A stretch of DNA of 64,000 nt from an uncultured Holophaga sp. (GTDB lineage Bacteria > Acidobacteriota > Holophagae > Holophagales > Holophagaceae): positions 288,001-352,000 of the forward strand of contig OY761614.1 in assembly GCA_963664825.1 (NCBI GenBank), given 5' to 3'. The translations under genes were made by a program, and so were the position numbers. Of this stretch, positions 1-10,483 are shown piece by piece. Every line of letters starts with the position of its first letter. The stretch's first letter is position 1. The notes below the pieces were generated by a model that was given only the letters and a program-made list of their open reading frames with translations, searched no databases and was not told where the DNA came from.

Positions 1-172
1 AAGGGAAACAAACAGCCAATAAATCCAAACACCACACACGGAACAGTCAGGAATTATCCCGCAAACAGTCAAAGAATTTTGTCTCGGCCTAGCTTGGCAC
101 CACCTGCATCCAAGTCCAAGGAACATTTTGGCGACTTTCAGCATCGCAGCCCCAGGGATTATCACCCCGTAC

Positions 173-204
173 ATGAAGCGCCCCGGCGAACCGGGGCGCT
201 TCAT
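173..204 (-). terminator. 14-bp stem hairpin (UUCG loop on minus strand) downstream of the surface-protein gene
   Basis: ATGAAGCGCCCCGG-cgaa-CCGGGGCGCTTCAT, 20 bp past the stop at 225; U-tract weak. Confidence 0.6.
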
Positions 205-224
205 TCGTTCCGGCGGAGCCGGGG

Positions 225-3200
225 TTACTTGTTGGCGGGAGCTACCAGGGTGTAGACCGTATTCCCGGAAGTCAGGAACAGATCGCCCGTGGCGTTGATA
301 CCCATCCCCTGGGGGGCAAATACGTAACCGCCGGTCAGGTTAGTAGCATCGCCGCTGGTGCGATCACTGTTCAACAATCCCGTTCGCTGCCCGTAGTAGT
401 TGGCGACGGTAGTGCTGGTGGCCGCGCCAAGCATGGTGCTCACCGTATTGCTGTTGTTGGTGTCAATGGCACGGATGGCGTTGTTGCCGTTATCCGTGAC
501 GTAGACATAGCCGTTGGCATCCGCACTGAGGCCCACGGGACGACTGAACGTGGCAGGGCTATCGGTGAAGCCGAGGGTGGTGGTGCCGATAGTGGCAATC
601 GCGGTTCCACCCGTCAGCGCATACTGCACAACCTGATTGTTGCCAGTGAAAGCCACCCACAGATACTTGGTGCTGCCGGGCTGGATGGCAATGCCCGTAG
701 GCGTGCCGGAACCACCGGTGACCAGAACACTGCTGGCGTTGCCGTTTGCCAGATCGACAAGGTAGACGTTATTGGCAGCATTGTCCGTGAAGTAGAGGTT
801 GGTACCATCCACGACCATGCCCAGGACATTCAGGCTGGCAGGATAATTGGTGCCCGAGGTGCCGGAGAGCGCAAAGGCCGTGTCCTCGGTAAAAGTGGAG
901 GCCCCAGCATCAGGCGTGAAGCGCCGGATCTTCTTGGTGGTGCCGGTATCGGCCACGAAGAGGGCCGTGAGGGCACCCGTTCCATCCACTTGGACGGCGA
1001 TCCCCTTGGGGGCGAGGAAGGCAATGCTCCCCGAGGAATTCGCCAGCGTGGTCACAGTACCGTTTGCGGTGATGATGCGCACCAAATTATTGCCTGTATC
1101 GGCCACGAAGGTCTTGCTGCCATCAGGCAGCACGGCCACATTGGCACCTGTGGTCACACCCGTAGCAAAGTTGTTAGGAGCAGCATTGCTATTCAGCTTG
1201 AACTGAGCGGCGGCACCGACGCCATCCGCATAACCATGGATCCGAGGACCACCGGCAAAGGCATAGTTCTGATTGCTGGGGTTCTCCACCGTGAAGGTGG
1301 TGCCATTCTGGGGGAAGCCGCTGGCGTCCAGGTTGGCGATGGTGACGCAACGCACGGCCTGAGTGTTGAAGGGGGTCGATTCAGCATCCGCGACGTAGAG
1401 CTTGGAATCATCCGCGGAGAGCGCGACTCCATAGGGATAGGCGATGGTGGCGGAAGTGTTGGCAGCGGTAGGCAGAGCACCGTCCAGGGTCTGGACGGCA
1501 TTGAGGTAGCCAGGGGTTTTGGTACCGGCTTTGCCGACCACCGTGATTAGCCCACCCGCGTAGGTTCCGCCCAATGGCACCATGCGCACCGCGGCATTAT
1601 CGCGATCCGAAATGTAGAGGTTGCCCTTGGTGTCCACGGCCAAGGCCTGAGGGGCCGTCATGGCTCCGCTGGTTGCCGCCGTTGCGTGATCCACAAAACC
1701 GGTGGTGCCAGTGCCGGCATAGGCCACCGACGTAGGAGTAGCCGTGCTGAGGTCGACCATGACGACCTTGAGGGTGCTCCCGCCGATATACAGGCGTTTG
1801 CGACCACCATTGAAGTCGGCAGCCATGCACGTCATCTTGCTGACGGCCATCACGGAGCTGAAGTCAGCGGCTTCAGTGGCCGTGGGTGTCGCCACCGTGA
1901 GGTCCATGGTGTAGACCTTGGATGTGTCATAGGTCCCGGCATACAGCACACGATTGCTATCAATGTAGAGGCCGTTGGCATTGTAGGTGAAGTTGGCCAC
2001 GATCCCAGGGGTGTACGAACCATCGCCATTGCGGGTCAGTTTCAGAAGACGTTTGTTCGTATAGCCTTCACCCCCCACATAGACATCGCCCGTCACGGGA
2101 TCCACGGCCAGGGCTCGCGGGGTGAGTAGCGTCGAGGTGTCCGTGTTGGTTCCAACGACACCTGCAACGCCCGCCAGGCCAGCGATGGTGCGGACCTTAC
2201 GATCCGCGCCGATACGGCGGATGGTGTTCGCGCTATAGTCCACCGCGAACATGGCGCCGTTGTCGGCGGAGTAGCCACTCCGCGTCAGGACCTGGGTGCG
2301 GTAGAAACGGGCCGTGGAGATGCCATTGGCATCGGGGTCCCCATCCAGCGTTCCGCGCCCACTGCCATAAGAACCAGCCAGATTGTAAAGGGCACGTGCG
2401 CCGACCTTCACGGTGGCGGTTTCGTTGCCATTGAGATTGGCCCCATAGAGGGTGAACGTCTGACGGCCATAAGGCGTGACCACCTTATTGGAACTTCCCA
2501 GCACGTTGACGGAATCAAGGGTCAGGTCAATCGCGGTGCCGGTATAGGTCCAGCTGAGGGTGGAGGTGGAACCAAGGGGCACAACGGCAGGAGTGGCCTT
2601 AAAGGTCGTGAAATGCACAGGGGCAGCGCCCACCGTGAGATCCGCGGCCTTGGTGACAGCTGCGGCGCCGACCAAGGAGGGTGTGGCCGACAGGGTATAC
2701 GTGGTCGTCACGAGGGGGTTGACGTTGGCCGTGCCGGAGAGCCCAAAGGACGTCGGCAGGCTGGTATCCGCAGGATTTGCGGTGATGGTGACGGCATTGA
2801 AGAGGTTAGCAACGCTCGTCACATCCCACGTAAGCGTGGCCCCCGCGCCCTGGGTGATGGAACTGGGGTTCACAGTGAAACTGATGGGTGTCGCCGCCAC
2901 GGCGATCTTGATGTCGTGTGTGTTGGAGCCCACCGAATTGGTGGCCTTGATTGTATAGGTGGTTTGAGCGCTCGTGATGGTGGGTGTGCCCGTGATGGCG
3001 CCCGTGGCAGCACTCAAACTAAGCCCAGTGGGAAGGGCGGGAGACCCGTCCCCCATGGTGTAGGTAATGGGTGTGGTACCCGTCGCGGTGGGCGTATTGT
3101 CTGGAATCTTGACGCCCTCATAGTAGGTGGCGTCCTCGTTGCTGTAGCTCTGGAGAGCCGGGGCCGTCTTCACGTTGACCGTGACCTGGGCCGGACTGGA

Positions 3201-3602
3201 AGCCCCGGTGGCAGTAACCACGGTGGAGGTCTTGGCGCCGACCCCATTGGTCACAGTGAGCGTGTAGGTGGCCGTCGCGGTGACGACAACGGGCGTCGCC
3301 GTATTCGGGTTCAGCACGATATTGCCCGGCATCACCACGGCGCTACCGCCCGTGGTGGAGAAGGCCGCCTTCAGGTAGATCGTGCTTCCAGCGACGGCAT
3401 CGATGGTCGTGACTGGGGCAGGAGATTTTCCAAACTTGGCATCCGCGCAAGCCATGAATGACGAGATCGTGGGTACGGCATTGGTGGCCTTGTCCTGATC
3501 CTTGCCGCCGCAGGCGAGCTGGAAAGGCAGGACACCCACGGCAAGGCTCATGCATAGGGCCGTGAGGATCGGGGCGACCCGACGGGTGGTGATTCGGTTC
3601 AT
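225..3602 (-). CDS. Large surface lipoprotein with Ig-like and NHL-repeat beta-propeller regions
   Basis: Start MNRITTRR with GGAGGA RBS; lipobox ...PFQLAC; LPTGLSLSAATGAITGTP Ig-like repeat; many NHL-type motifs (PQALAVD..GNLYISD..N..VR; PVGLSAD.NGYVYVTD.GNNAIR). Confidence 0.85.
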   Translation of the reverse strand: MNRITTRRVAPILTALCMSLAVGVLPFQLACGGKDQDKATNAVPTISSFMACADAKFGKSPAPVTTIDAVAGSTIYLKAAFSTTGGSAVVMPGNIVLNPNTATPVVVTATATYTLTVTNGVGAKTSTVVTATGASSPAQVTVNVKTAPALQSYSNEDATYYEGVKIPDNTPTATGTTPITYTMGDGSPALPTGLSLSAATGAITGTPTITSAQTTYTIKATNSVGSNTHDIKIAVAATPISFTVNPSSITQGAGATLTWDVTSVANLFNAVTITANPADTSLPTSFGLSGTANVNPLVTTTYTLSATPSLVGAAAVTKAADLTVGAAPVHFTTFKATPAVVPLGSTSTLSWTYTGTAIDLTLDSVNVLGSSNKVVTPYGRQTFTLYGANLNGNETATVKVGARALYNLAGSYGSGRGTLDGDPDANGISTARFYRTQVLTRSGYSADNGAMFAVDYSANTIRRIGADRKVRTIAGLAGVAGVVGTNTDTSTLLTPRALAVDPVTGDVYVGGEGYTNKRLLKLTRNGDGSYTPGIVANFTYNANGLYIDSNRVLYAGTYDTSKVYTMDLTVATPTATEAADFSSVMAVSKMTCMAADFNGGRKRLYIGGSTLKVVMVDLSTATPTSVAYAGTGTTGFVDHATAATSGAMTAPQALAVDTKGNLYISDRDNAAVRMVPLGGTYAGGLITVVGKAGTKTPGYLNAVQTLDGALPTAANTSATIAYPYGVALSADDSKLYVADAESTPFNTQAVRCVTIANLDASGFPQNGTTFTVENPSNQNYAFAGGPRIHGYADGVGAAAQFKLNSNAAPNNFATGVTTGANVAVLPDGSKTFVADTGNNLVRIITANGTVTTLANSSGSIAFLAPKGIAVQVDGTGALTALFVADTGTTKKIRRFTPDAGASTFTEDTAFALSGTSGTNYPASLNVLGMVVDGTNLYFTDNAANNVYLVDLANGNASSVLVTGGSGTPTGIAIQPGSTKYLWVAFTGNNQVVQYALTGGTAIATIGTTTLGFTDSPATFSRPVGLSADANGYVYVTDNGNNAIRAIDTNNSNTVSTMLGAATSTTVANYYGQRTGLLNSDRTSGDATNLTGGYVFAPQGMGINATGDLFLTSGNTVYTLVAPANK

Positions 3603-3653
3603 GCTTCCTCCGAGGGAATCAGATGCGAAATGATGATTTTTCATGACGGGATC

Positions 3654-6600
3654 CTAGAAACGCGCCTTGAGCGTGAACTGGACCTCACGGGTATGGTCGT
3701 CGTTGACGTTGATCATGCCGTAGTTGGCATTGGGAATTGTCGATGCAGCATTGGTGTAATAGGCCGTGTAGCCTGTGGTCTGGTTCGCCCAGTTGAGGAC
3801 GTTGTAGACATCGATGATGCCTTCCAGGCGGAGGCTCTTCATGATCCGGAAGTCCCGGGAGAGGCGCATATCGAAGGTCTTGCGGCAGGGCTGCCGCTGG
3901 CCATTGCGCCACCCCATGGATTCCACAACATCATTCTTCAGGCCATCACCGTTGGTATCGTTGGTGTACTTGGCCGAATAAGGATAGCCCTTGGAGTAGG
4001 TGACCGTGCCGGAGAGCTTGAAGCCGTAGATCTTGGGCGCATACCCCGTGAAGAGGGCCCGGAAGGGCACATTGTTGTCGCTGATGGACATGCGGTAGGG
4101 GTTGGAGGGATCGATGGGATTGGCATCCAGGGTCGCCTGGGTGGAGCGCTCATTGGAATTGTTGTCCTCGGACTTGGAGAAGGTGAGGCTGGATTTGAAC
4201 CCGAAACCATTCTCGCTGCGACGATCCGCCGTCAGGACCAAGCCCTTGTAGCGCCCCTCACCATCATACTTGGAGAGGTAGACGCCGCCGAAACCACTCA
4301 GATCCAGCGTCCGGCCCCGCACGATGGCGACACCCGGACGGTCCGCTGTAGCGACACTGAAGTTATTGTTGTTGTATGAATAACCATCGTTGTAGATGGA
4401 ACCACCAACCTGCTTCATGTTGATGTCCATCCAATACTGGGTGTGGTAGAAGTGCTTGTATGTGCCTCGAATGCCCAGGACGAGGCCGTGGCCCATGTCC
4501 TGTTCCATGCCCAGGGTGACCACCTTGGACTGGGCCATGCGGGCCTGGGGATCGATGATGCCGAGCTGGAGCGTGCTGGTGGGCAGGCTCGCGAGTTCGG
4601 CTGAGGTCAGGGGTTTGACGGAGTTATTGACGATGCGCCCCGCATAGGCGCTATTGAGCAAAGCGCCATCCGCGAAGAGTGTTGGGTTGAGGGCGTAGGT
4701 GGCCTTGTAGGTCTTGGTGTTGATGCCGTTGTTCGTGATGGCCGATGCGGCATTCTGGCCAGGATTGGAGGTGCTGAAGCAGCCGTAGCCGCCCCGGATG
4801 ACAGTCTTGCTATTGCCGAAGAGATCGAAGGTGAAACCGAAGCGGGGATCCAGGCTCCCGCTATCGGGCATGTGATCCAGGTTCTGGAGGATCGGGTTCG
4901 AGTAGGGGTTGTCCTCCCACATCTCCCGCGTGTAGCGCATGCCGAGGCTCAGGGTCAGGCGCTTATCCAGGAGGCCCGAATACTGGGCCTGCAGGTATCC
5001 ACCGAAGAGTTTCTCGTTGAACTTGACGTGTCCGCCAAAGCGGGACCATCCCTGCGTGTATTCGGCGGTATCACCCGTTGTAAGGGTATCGGTCCACCAA
5101 TGATTGGCGCCTGCGAGATTGAAGTACCAGGAACCGCCCCGGGAGGCGAGATAATCATTGGTCATATCGATGGACTGGAGGTCGACGCCCCCCTTGAACA
5201 TCCAATCGCCCGTCATGAAACTAACGTTGTCGATGAACTGATTGAGATTTTCCTTGGTGCGGGCGGGGGCACTGGAATACTGGCCAGCGTAGAGCCCGGT
5301 GACACTGACAGCCGTACTGATGGTGCTGTTGGGCGTGACGGGGCGGTCCTCGGTGGAGAACTGGATGCGAGCCTCGTTCACGAGATTGCCCGTGAGGGCC
5401 GACGTGAGTTCAAGCACCACCGAAGTGTTCTTGATCTCGTAGCCGTTATTATTGGACTCGGCCTCGTTGTTCTTGACGCTGCGGTTCCAGGTATCGTTAT
5501 CGCCCTTGTAAGTCTGGTTGTTCAGGCGCAGGGTCATACGGTGGTTGGAGTTGATGGTCCAGTCCAAACGTCCCAGGAAGGCGAGGTTGTGGAAAGAATC
5601 ATTCCACGGACTCGTGCTTTCCTGAGCTATGGTCTTCCCGCTGTTGGAGGTGATGAGGATATTGCCCATGCCCGGCGCACCCGTCGGATTGCCCTGCCCC
5701 TTGATCCCCCAGAACATATTGTAATTATCGAGGCTGTCCGAGGACGTGTTGATACCAACGGAGGGCTGGCTCCTCTGGCTGTACTTCATGTACTCCGCGT
5801 TGACGAAGTAGTGAAGCTTGTCCTTGATGATGGGGCCGCCCACATTGAAGGCGTACTGGGACTGGGAGAATTCCCGAGTCTGGACGGAGGGGATATTGAT
5901 CTTCCCATCAGGATCGTAGGGAACGGGCCTGAGATTCGCGAGGAGGGAATTCGGACGCATCAGCCACATGGCCATGCCCTGCACCTCGTTGGTGCCGGAT
6001 TTGGTGACGGCGTTCACCACGACGCCAGAGGCATCGCCGTACTGGGCGTCGAAGGCGTTGGAGATGATCTGGAGTTCCCGGATGGAATCCTGACCGAAGG
6101 AGTAGGGCACACGGGTGCCGCCACGATTCTCGGCGTTGAACTTGTTGTTGTAGCTGGCGCCATCGATCTGGAGGTTGTTGTAGACGCCACGGGCGCCCTC
6201 AACCACAGTGCGGTAGGCGTTCGTGCCGCCCGCCGTCGCACCAGGGGTCAACTGGACCAGATCCGTGAAGTTGCGCCCGTTGATGGGCACGGCTTCCACC
6301 AGTTCCTGGGTGATGGCGGTGGCAGTATTCAGCTGTGTGGAATCCACGTTTGAACTTTCGGCCACCACCTCAATCACGGCAGAGGCTTCGGCGGAGTCCA
6401 GCATGAAGTTCTGGGTTGCGGTCTCCCCTAGGCTTACCCGGAGGTTGCCGTTCTTGCCGGTCTTGAGGCCAGTGGCCGTGGCGATGAGTTCATAGTTGCC
6501 CACCGGCAGGTAGCTGAAGCTGAAGACGCCCTTGGCATCGGCAACCACCGTGCGCGCAAATCCCGTTTCGGGATTGCGCAGGATCAGCTTGGCACCTGCG

Positions 6601-6728
6601 ACGACCCCTCCCTTTTTGGATTTCACGATGCCCTTGATGGCGCCGGAGGTCGTGCTGGTCTGGCTGTAGCCGGCGACGGCACAGGCCAGGGAGGTTAGAA
6701 GGGCGATGCCTGTCGTGCGTGTATTCAT
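3654..6728 (-). CDS. Oar-like TonB-dependent receptor with N-terminal carboxypeptidase-regulatory-like domain
   Basis: Signal peptide; PINGRNFTDLVQLTPG and VVNAVTKSGTN plug motifs; C-terminal ...QFTLKARF outer-membrane signature. Confidence 0.9.
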   Translation of the reverse strand: MNTRTTGIALLTSLACAVAGYSQTSTTSGAIKGIVKSKKGGVVAGAKLILRNPETGFARTVVADAKGVFSFSYLPVGNYELIATATGLKTGKNGNLRVSLGETATQNFMLDSAEASAVIEVVAESSNVDSTQLNTATAITQELVEAVPINGRNFTDLVQLTPGATAGGTNAYRTVVEGARGVYNNLQIDGASYNNKFNAENRGGTRVPYSFGQDSIRELQIISNAFDAQYGDASGVVVNAVTKSGTNEVQGMAMWLMRPNSLLANLRPVPYDPDGKINIPSVQTREFSQSQYAFNVGGPIIKDKLHYFVNAEYMKYSQRSQPSVGINTSSDSLDNYNMFWGIKGQGNPTGAPGMGNILITSNSGKTIAQESTSPWNDSFHNLAFLGRLDWTINSNHRMTLRLNNQTYKGDNDTWNRSVKNNEAESNNNGYEIKNTSVVLELTSALTGNLVNEARIQFSTEDRPVTPNSTISTAVSVTGLYAGQYSSAPARTKENLNQFIDNVSFMTGDWMFKGGVDLQSIDMTNDYLASRGGSWYFNLAGANHWWTDTLTTGDTAEYTQGWSRFGGHVKFNEKLFGGYLQAQYSGLLDKRLTLSLGMRYTREMWEDNPYSNPILQNLDHMPDSGSLDPRFGFTFDLFGNSKTVIRGGYGCFSTSNPGQNAASAITNNGINTKTYKATYALNPTLFADGALLNSAYAGRIVNNSVKPLTSAELASLPTSTLQLGIIDPQARMAQSKVVTLGMEQDMGHGLVLGIRGTYKHFYHTQYWMDINMKQVGGSIYNDGYSYNNNNFSVATADRPGVAIVRGRTLDLSGFGGVYLSKYDGEGRYKGLVLTADRRSENGFGFKSSLTFSKSEDNNSNERSTQATLDANPIDPSNPYRMSISDNNVPFRALFTGYAPKIYGFKLSGTVTYSKGYPYSAKYTNDTNGDGLKNDVVESMGWRNGQRQPCRKTFDMRLSRDFRIMKSLRLEGIIDVYNVLNWANQTTGYTAYYTNAASTIPNANYGMINVNDDHTREVQFTLKARF

Positions 6729-6978
6729 TCAGGACTCCTTGCCCGAGAGGGCGCAGTCAAATGGTAGCGGCCAGGGGCCACCGAGTGTTGCGGATGATCG
6801 AAATGTTTCAGGATTGTCAGCGGAAATTGCAGACGGTCCAATCTACTTCAGTCACGTCCCTTTGTCATAGATTTATTTTTTACCCGCGATGTACATTTTG
6901 TATTTCACTCCCACCCCACACGATACGCCACGTCGAATCGGTCAAAGGCCCCTCCAGCCCGATCGATCTCTCCGCCCC

Positions 6979-7683
6979 CTACCGGGAGAGTTCCTCCACG
7001 AAGGCCGGGACGAGCTCGGTGGCGGGGCCCTGGCGGGATTCGCGGAAGGTGCTGTTCATCAGGGAGGGCTCCAGGTTCAGTTCCAGGGTATGGGCCCCTG
7101 CCCCGACCATCTGGACGAAACCCGCGGCCGGGTAGACCTGGCCGGAGGTGCCGATGGCCACGAAGAGTCCGCAGCACTCCAGGGCCCTCGAGATGCGCTC
7201 CATCTCGAAGGGCATCTCGCCGAACCAGACGATATGGGGGCGGAGACGCGAGCCCCCACAGCCTGGACAGGGACTGTCCGGCAGCACGTCCTCCTCCCAG
7301 ATCGAGACCTCGCCGCATTCCAGGCAGCGGACCTTCCGCAGTTCGCCATGCATGTGGATGAGGTTCCGGCTGCCCGCCCGCTCATGGAGATCATCCACGT
7401 TCTGCGTGACCACCAGGACGCCTCCGGGCCAGGTCCGCTCCAGACGCGCCAGGGCATCATGGGCGGCGTTGGGTCTCACATCCCGGAGCTGGCGCCGCCG
7501 ATCATTGTAGAAGCGCTGCACCAGGAGCGGATCCCGCTGGAAACCCTCCGGAGTGGCCACGTCCTCGACCTGGTGTTCCTCCCAGAGCCCATCGGAGGCC
7601 CGGAAGGTGCGCAGGCCGCTCTCGGCACTGATGCCAGCCCCCGTGAGGACGACGATGGAAGCGCTTGGATCGATGTGGAACAT
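6979..7683 (-). CDS. cobB: NAD-dependent protein deacylase (sirtuin)
   Basis: [30 protein letters not shown], two Cxx[12 protein letters not shown]. Confidence 0.95.
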   Translation of the reverse strand: MFHIDPSASIVVLTGAGISAESGLRTFRASDGLWEEHQVEDVATPEGFQRDPLLVQRFYNDRRRQLRDVRPNAAHDALARLERTWPGGVLVVTQNVDDLHERAGSRNLIHMHGELRKVRCLECGEVSIWEEDVLPDSPCPGCGGSRLRPHIVWFGEMPFEMERISRALECCGLFVAIGTSGQVYPAAGFVQMVGAGAHTLELNLEPSLMNSTFRESRQGPATELVPAFVEELSR

Positions 7684-7725
7684 GGTTCATTCAGCCCTGA
7701 ATTTGCGTTTCGAAGAATGGAGCGG

Positions 7726-7850
7726 AACTGCGGAACCGCAGAGAGCTCAGAGGTAAACAGAGGGCACAGAGAAAAGAAGAAATGCAGCACGCCCCGCTCT
7801 TTTCAGCGCCCTCTCTATCTTTTCCTCTGCGCCCTCGGTGGTTCATCTTT
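7726..7850. repeat. Palindromic 125-bp repeat, copy A
   Basis: 114/125 identical by manual alignment to 8701-8825; imperfect hairpin GAACCGCAGAG...CTCGGTGGTTC. Confidence 0.9.
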
Positions 7851-7853
7851 TGC

Positions 7854-7881
7854 ATGGATGCGCTCAGATCGATGTGGAACA
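7854..7881 (-). repeat. Duplicated 5' end of cobB (relic)
   Basis: 25/28 identical to 7655-7682; reads VFHIDLSASM versus cob[11 protein letters not shown]. Confidence 0.85.
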
Positions 7882-7935
7882 CATTACTTTTAGTCTGGAT
7901 TGGAATGCTCGCTTCCTCTTCACGCGTGGGCAGTC

Positions 7936-8337
7936 TCAATTCGCGGCAGCCCAATCGACAATCATCAATTCCTCAATGCGCTCAAAATCCTTCACGTTAT
8001 GGGTCACCAATGCACATCCATGGGCTAAACACGTTGCAGCAATCATCAGATCTCGATCTGGCGCAGGTTGAGTCTTGAATCGAGCCCTCAAGCGTCCGTA
8101 CCAATCCGCGGCCGAAGCATTGAAATCGATCACCGGATACGCGCCCCGCAGATCCTGGATGAGAATTTCCAATTTGGCAGAAGCTGCAGGATTGTTGTGC
8201 CTCCCAAAGACCAACTCCGCGAGCACCACGGAAGGCACCACCACGCCTGCCGGGTCGACCCCCTCCAGCCTTGCCCGAACAATCCCATCGCCTCGCCATA
8301 GGTAGCTGACGATGTTCGTATCAAGGGCGAACCTCAT
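7936..8337 (-). CDS. vapC: VapC/FitB-like PIN-domain toxin
   Basis: ALDTNIVS, AELVFG, DLMIAATCLAHG, LVTHNVKDF PIN acidic residues. Confidence 0.9.
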   Translation of the reverse strand: MRFALDTNIVSYLWRGDGIVRARLEGVDPAGVVVPSVVLAELVFGRHNNPAASAKLEILIQDLRGAYPVIDFNASAADWYGRLRARFKTQPAPDRDLMIAATCLAHGCALVTHNVKDFERIEELMIVDWAAAN

Positions 8338-8573
8338 AGCTCAAGCTCACGCAGCGTCGGGCTCATGGGCGCCAACACCACATCTCCGAGATCAGCCTTG
8401 GCAATGAGGTCGAAGTTCAGATGCCGCGTCCCACGCGCAATCGGTGGAGGCTGCACCGCATCCGCCAGGATCACCCGGACCTCTGCTTCCATCGAACGAT
8501 GGTGCCCCTTCGCCCGGGTTTGAAGCTGGCTCACGAGGTCTTCGGAAATGCTTCGCACATGGATGATCGCCAT
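8334..8573 (-). CDS. FitA-like ribbon-helix-helix antitoxin
   Basis: MAIIHVRSISEDLVSQLQTRAKGHHRSMEAEVRVIL; GGGGAGG RBS; 4-bp overlap with toxin start. Confidence 0.85.
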   Translation of the reverse strand: MAIIHVRSISEDLVSQLQTRAKGHHRSMEAEVRVILADAVQPPPIARGTRHLNFDLIAKADLGDVVLAPMSPTLRELEL

Positions 8574-8700
8574 TTCGAGTCCCTCCCCATCTAAGGATGG
8601 AGCCACCTTGGGGTGTGTGCAAGCAAAATGCTTACACATCCCAAAACTTACCCCAAAGCGACGCCGGGACCCTGGGCACCCCGGCTCGAACACTTGCGCC

Positions 8701-8825
8701 AACTGCTGAACCGCAGAGCGCGGAGAGGTAAACTGAGGGCGCAGAGAAAAGCAGGGATGCCGCACGCCCCGCTCTTCTCAGCGCCCTCTCTATCTTTTCC
8801 TCTGCGCCCTCGGTGGTTCATCTTT
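8701..8825. repeat. Palindromic 125-bp repeat, copy B
   Basis: Direct repeat of 7726-7850. Confidence 0.9.
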
Positions 8826-8841
8826 CTCATGAATGTTGATG

Positions 8842-10470
8842 GTATCGATTCACCCCCCCCCCATGCAGGCTCAACTCGTGATTGAGGATAAAATCACCGC
8901 AAGTGAATAATTCGCTTGTACTTTGGTCTCAAACCAGTCAGATTCTGAAGGATGGAGCTTGATCCTGTTCTGACTGATCCGCGTTATCTGGCCCTGGCTG
9001 CCGAGAACGGGGAACTGCGTGCGGAAATGGTCTGCCTGCGGGAGGCGATGGAACGCCTGGAAAAATTGCTGGAGTCGCTCCAGGATCGCCTCGGGAAGGA
9101 CAGTCGCAACAGCAGCAAGCCCCCCAGTTCGGACGGACCCGCGGCGCCACCCAAGCCACCGGCGCCGCCCACGGGGCGCAAGCGCGGCGGCCAACCGGGA
9201 CGGAAGGGATCCGCTCGGGTGATGCTGCCGGAAGGCAGCGAGGACCGTACGGTTTCGGTGCCCCTCGCCTGTTGCCCCCACTGCCGAGGCGAGGTTCCTT
9301 CAGGGGCCATCACCGGGACGCGCCTGCACCGGGTGGTGGATCTGGCTCAGCGCCTCACAGAAGTCATCGCCTACGCGCTGGAGGAGGGGATCTGCCCGCA
9401 CTGCCAGAGGAAGGTGCAGGCGCCGCTTCCCCCAGAGGCTGCGCCGGGCGGGATCGGCCCGCGCCTTCAGGCTGCGGCGGCCTATCTGCGCACAGAGGGC
9501 CGCATGAGCCTGACGCCGCTCCAGCGTTTCCTCTCGGAGGTGACGGGCGTAGCGGTCTCACGCGGTTGGCTGCACGAGAGCGGTGTGGCGCTGGGGAGCC
9601 ACCTACTCCCCGCCTGGGAGGACCTCTCCCAGCAGATCCGTACGGCGGATGTGCTCAACCTCGACGAGACCGGCTTCGGCCGGAAGGACCGGGACTGGAT
9701 CTGGGTGGCCCTTTCCGCCCGTACGGCCCTCTTCCACTTCAGTGACACCCGTGGGGCGAGGGCCCTAAAGGCGATACTTCCCGAGGACTTCCAAGGCGTG
9801 ATTGGCACGGACCGCTACGGCGCCTACAACGCCTTAAAATCTGCCGTTCGCCAGTTCTGCTGGGCCCATTTGCGCCGCGAGTTCGTCGCCCTGAGCGAAT
9901 CCCAGAAGCCCGAGGTGGCCGCACTGGGAAAGCGACTGCTCGCCGAGCAGGAGGAGATCTTTGCGCTGTGGCACACCTTCCGGGCGGGCGACATCAGCCG
10001 GAAAGAGCTCCGGGCCTGCACCGCCATCAATCTGGCGCGGCTCAAACGCGGTCTGATCCAGGCCAGCGCGATGGATCACAAGGCCGCCCGAAACCTCGGG
10101 AAGGACCTCCTCCGGAAATGGGACAAGCTCTGGGTGTTCCTGAAGGTCGAGGGCGTGGAGCCGACGAACAATGCGGCCGAGCGGGCCCTGCGCCCCCTCG
10201 TGATCCTCAAGCGGATCTTCCAGCGACTGCCCAGCGCGGACGGAAAGCGATTCTTCGAACGCCTCCTGAGCCTGGGCACCACCGCCCGCATCCGCGGCGT
10301 CCCCTACTTCGACTGGCTGCTCAGGGCCCTCCACTCCGCCCGATCCAACCAGCCCCTACCGGCACTGGAACCAGCCTGAGGCTGCCAGGGCAAGCGGGAC
10401 ATCACCAGCCCATCATGGCTGCCTGCCACCGGCTTACGTGGTCACAGGGACAAGGGGGGTGAATCGATAC
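8842..10470 (+). mobile_element. IS66-family insertion sequence (single ORF, ISBst12-like), copy 1
   Basis: 17-bp terminal IR GTATCGATTCACCCCCC; 8-bp target duplication TGTTGATG (8834-8841 / 10471-10478). Confidence 0.95.
8952..10379 (+). CDS. IS66-family DDE transposase
   Basis: Coiled coil then NSSKPPSSD, Cys motifs, LDETG, TDRYGAY, QFCWAHLRR, PTNNAAERALR. Confidence 0.95.
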   Translation: MELDPVLTDPRYLALAAENGELRAEMVCLREAMERLEKLLESLQDRLGKDSRNSSKPPSSDGPAAPPKPPAPPTGRKRGGQPGRKGSARVMLPEGSEDRTVSVPLACCPHCRGEVPSGAITGTRLHRVVDLAQRLTEVIAYALEEGICPHCQRKVQAPLPPEAAPGGIGPRLQAAAAYLRTEGRMSLTPLQRFLSEVTGVAVSRGWLHESGVALGSHLLPAWEDLSQQIRTADVLNLDETGFGRKDRDWIWVALSARTALFHFSDTRGARALKAILPEDFQGVIGTDRYGAYNALKSAVRQFCWAHLRREFVALSESQKPEVAALGKRLLAEQEEIFALWHTFRAGDISRKELRACTAINLARLKRGLIQASAMDHKAARNLGKDLLRKWDKLWVFLKVEGVEPTNNAAERALRPLVILKRIFQRLPSADGKRFFERLLSLGTTARIRGVPYFDWLLRALHSARSNQPLPALEPA

Positions 10471-10483
10471 TGTTGATGAACTT

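Noticed and set aside
1..170. A-rich non-coding stretch at the window edge
   Set aside because: No recognisable RNA gene, repeat or ORF. Context is cut off by the window boundary.
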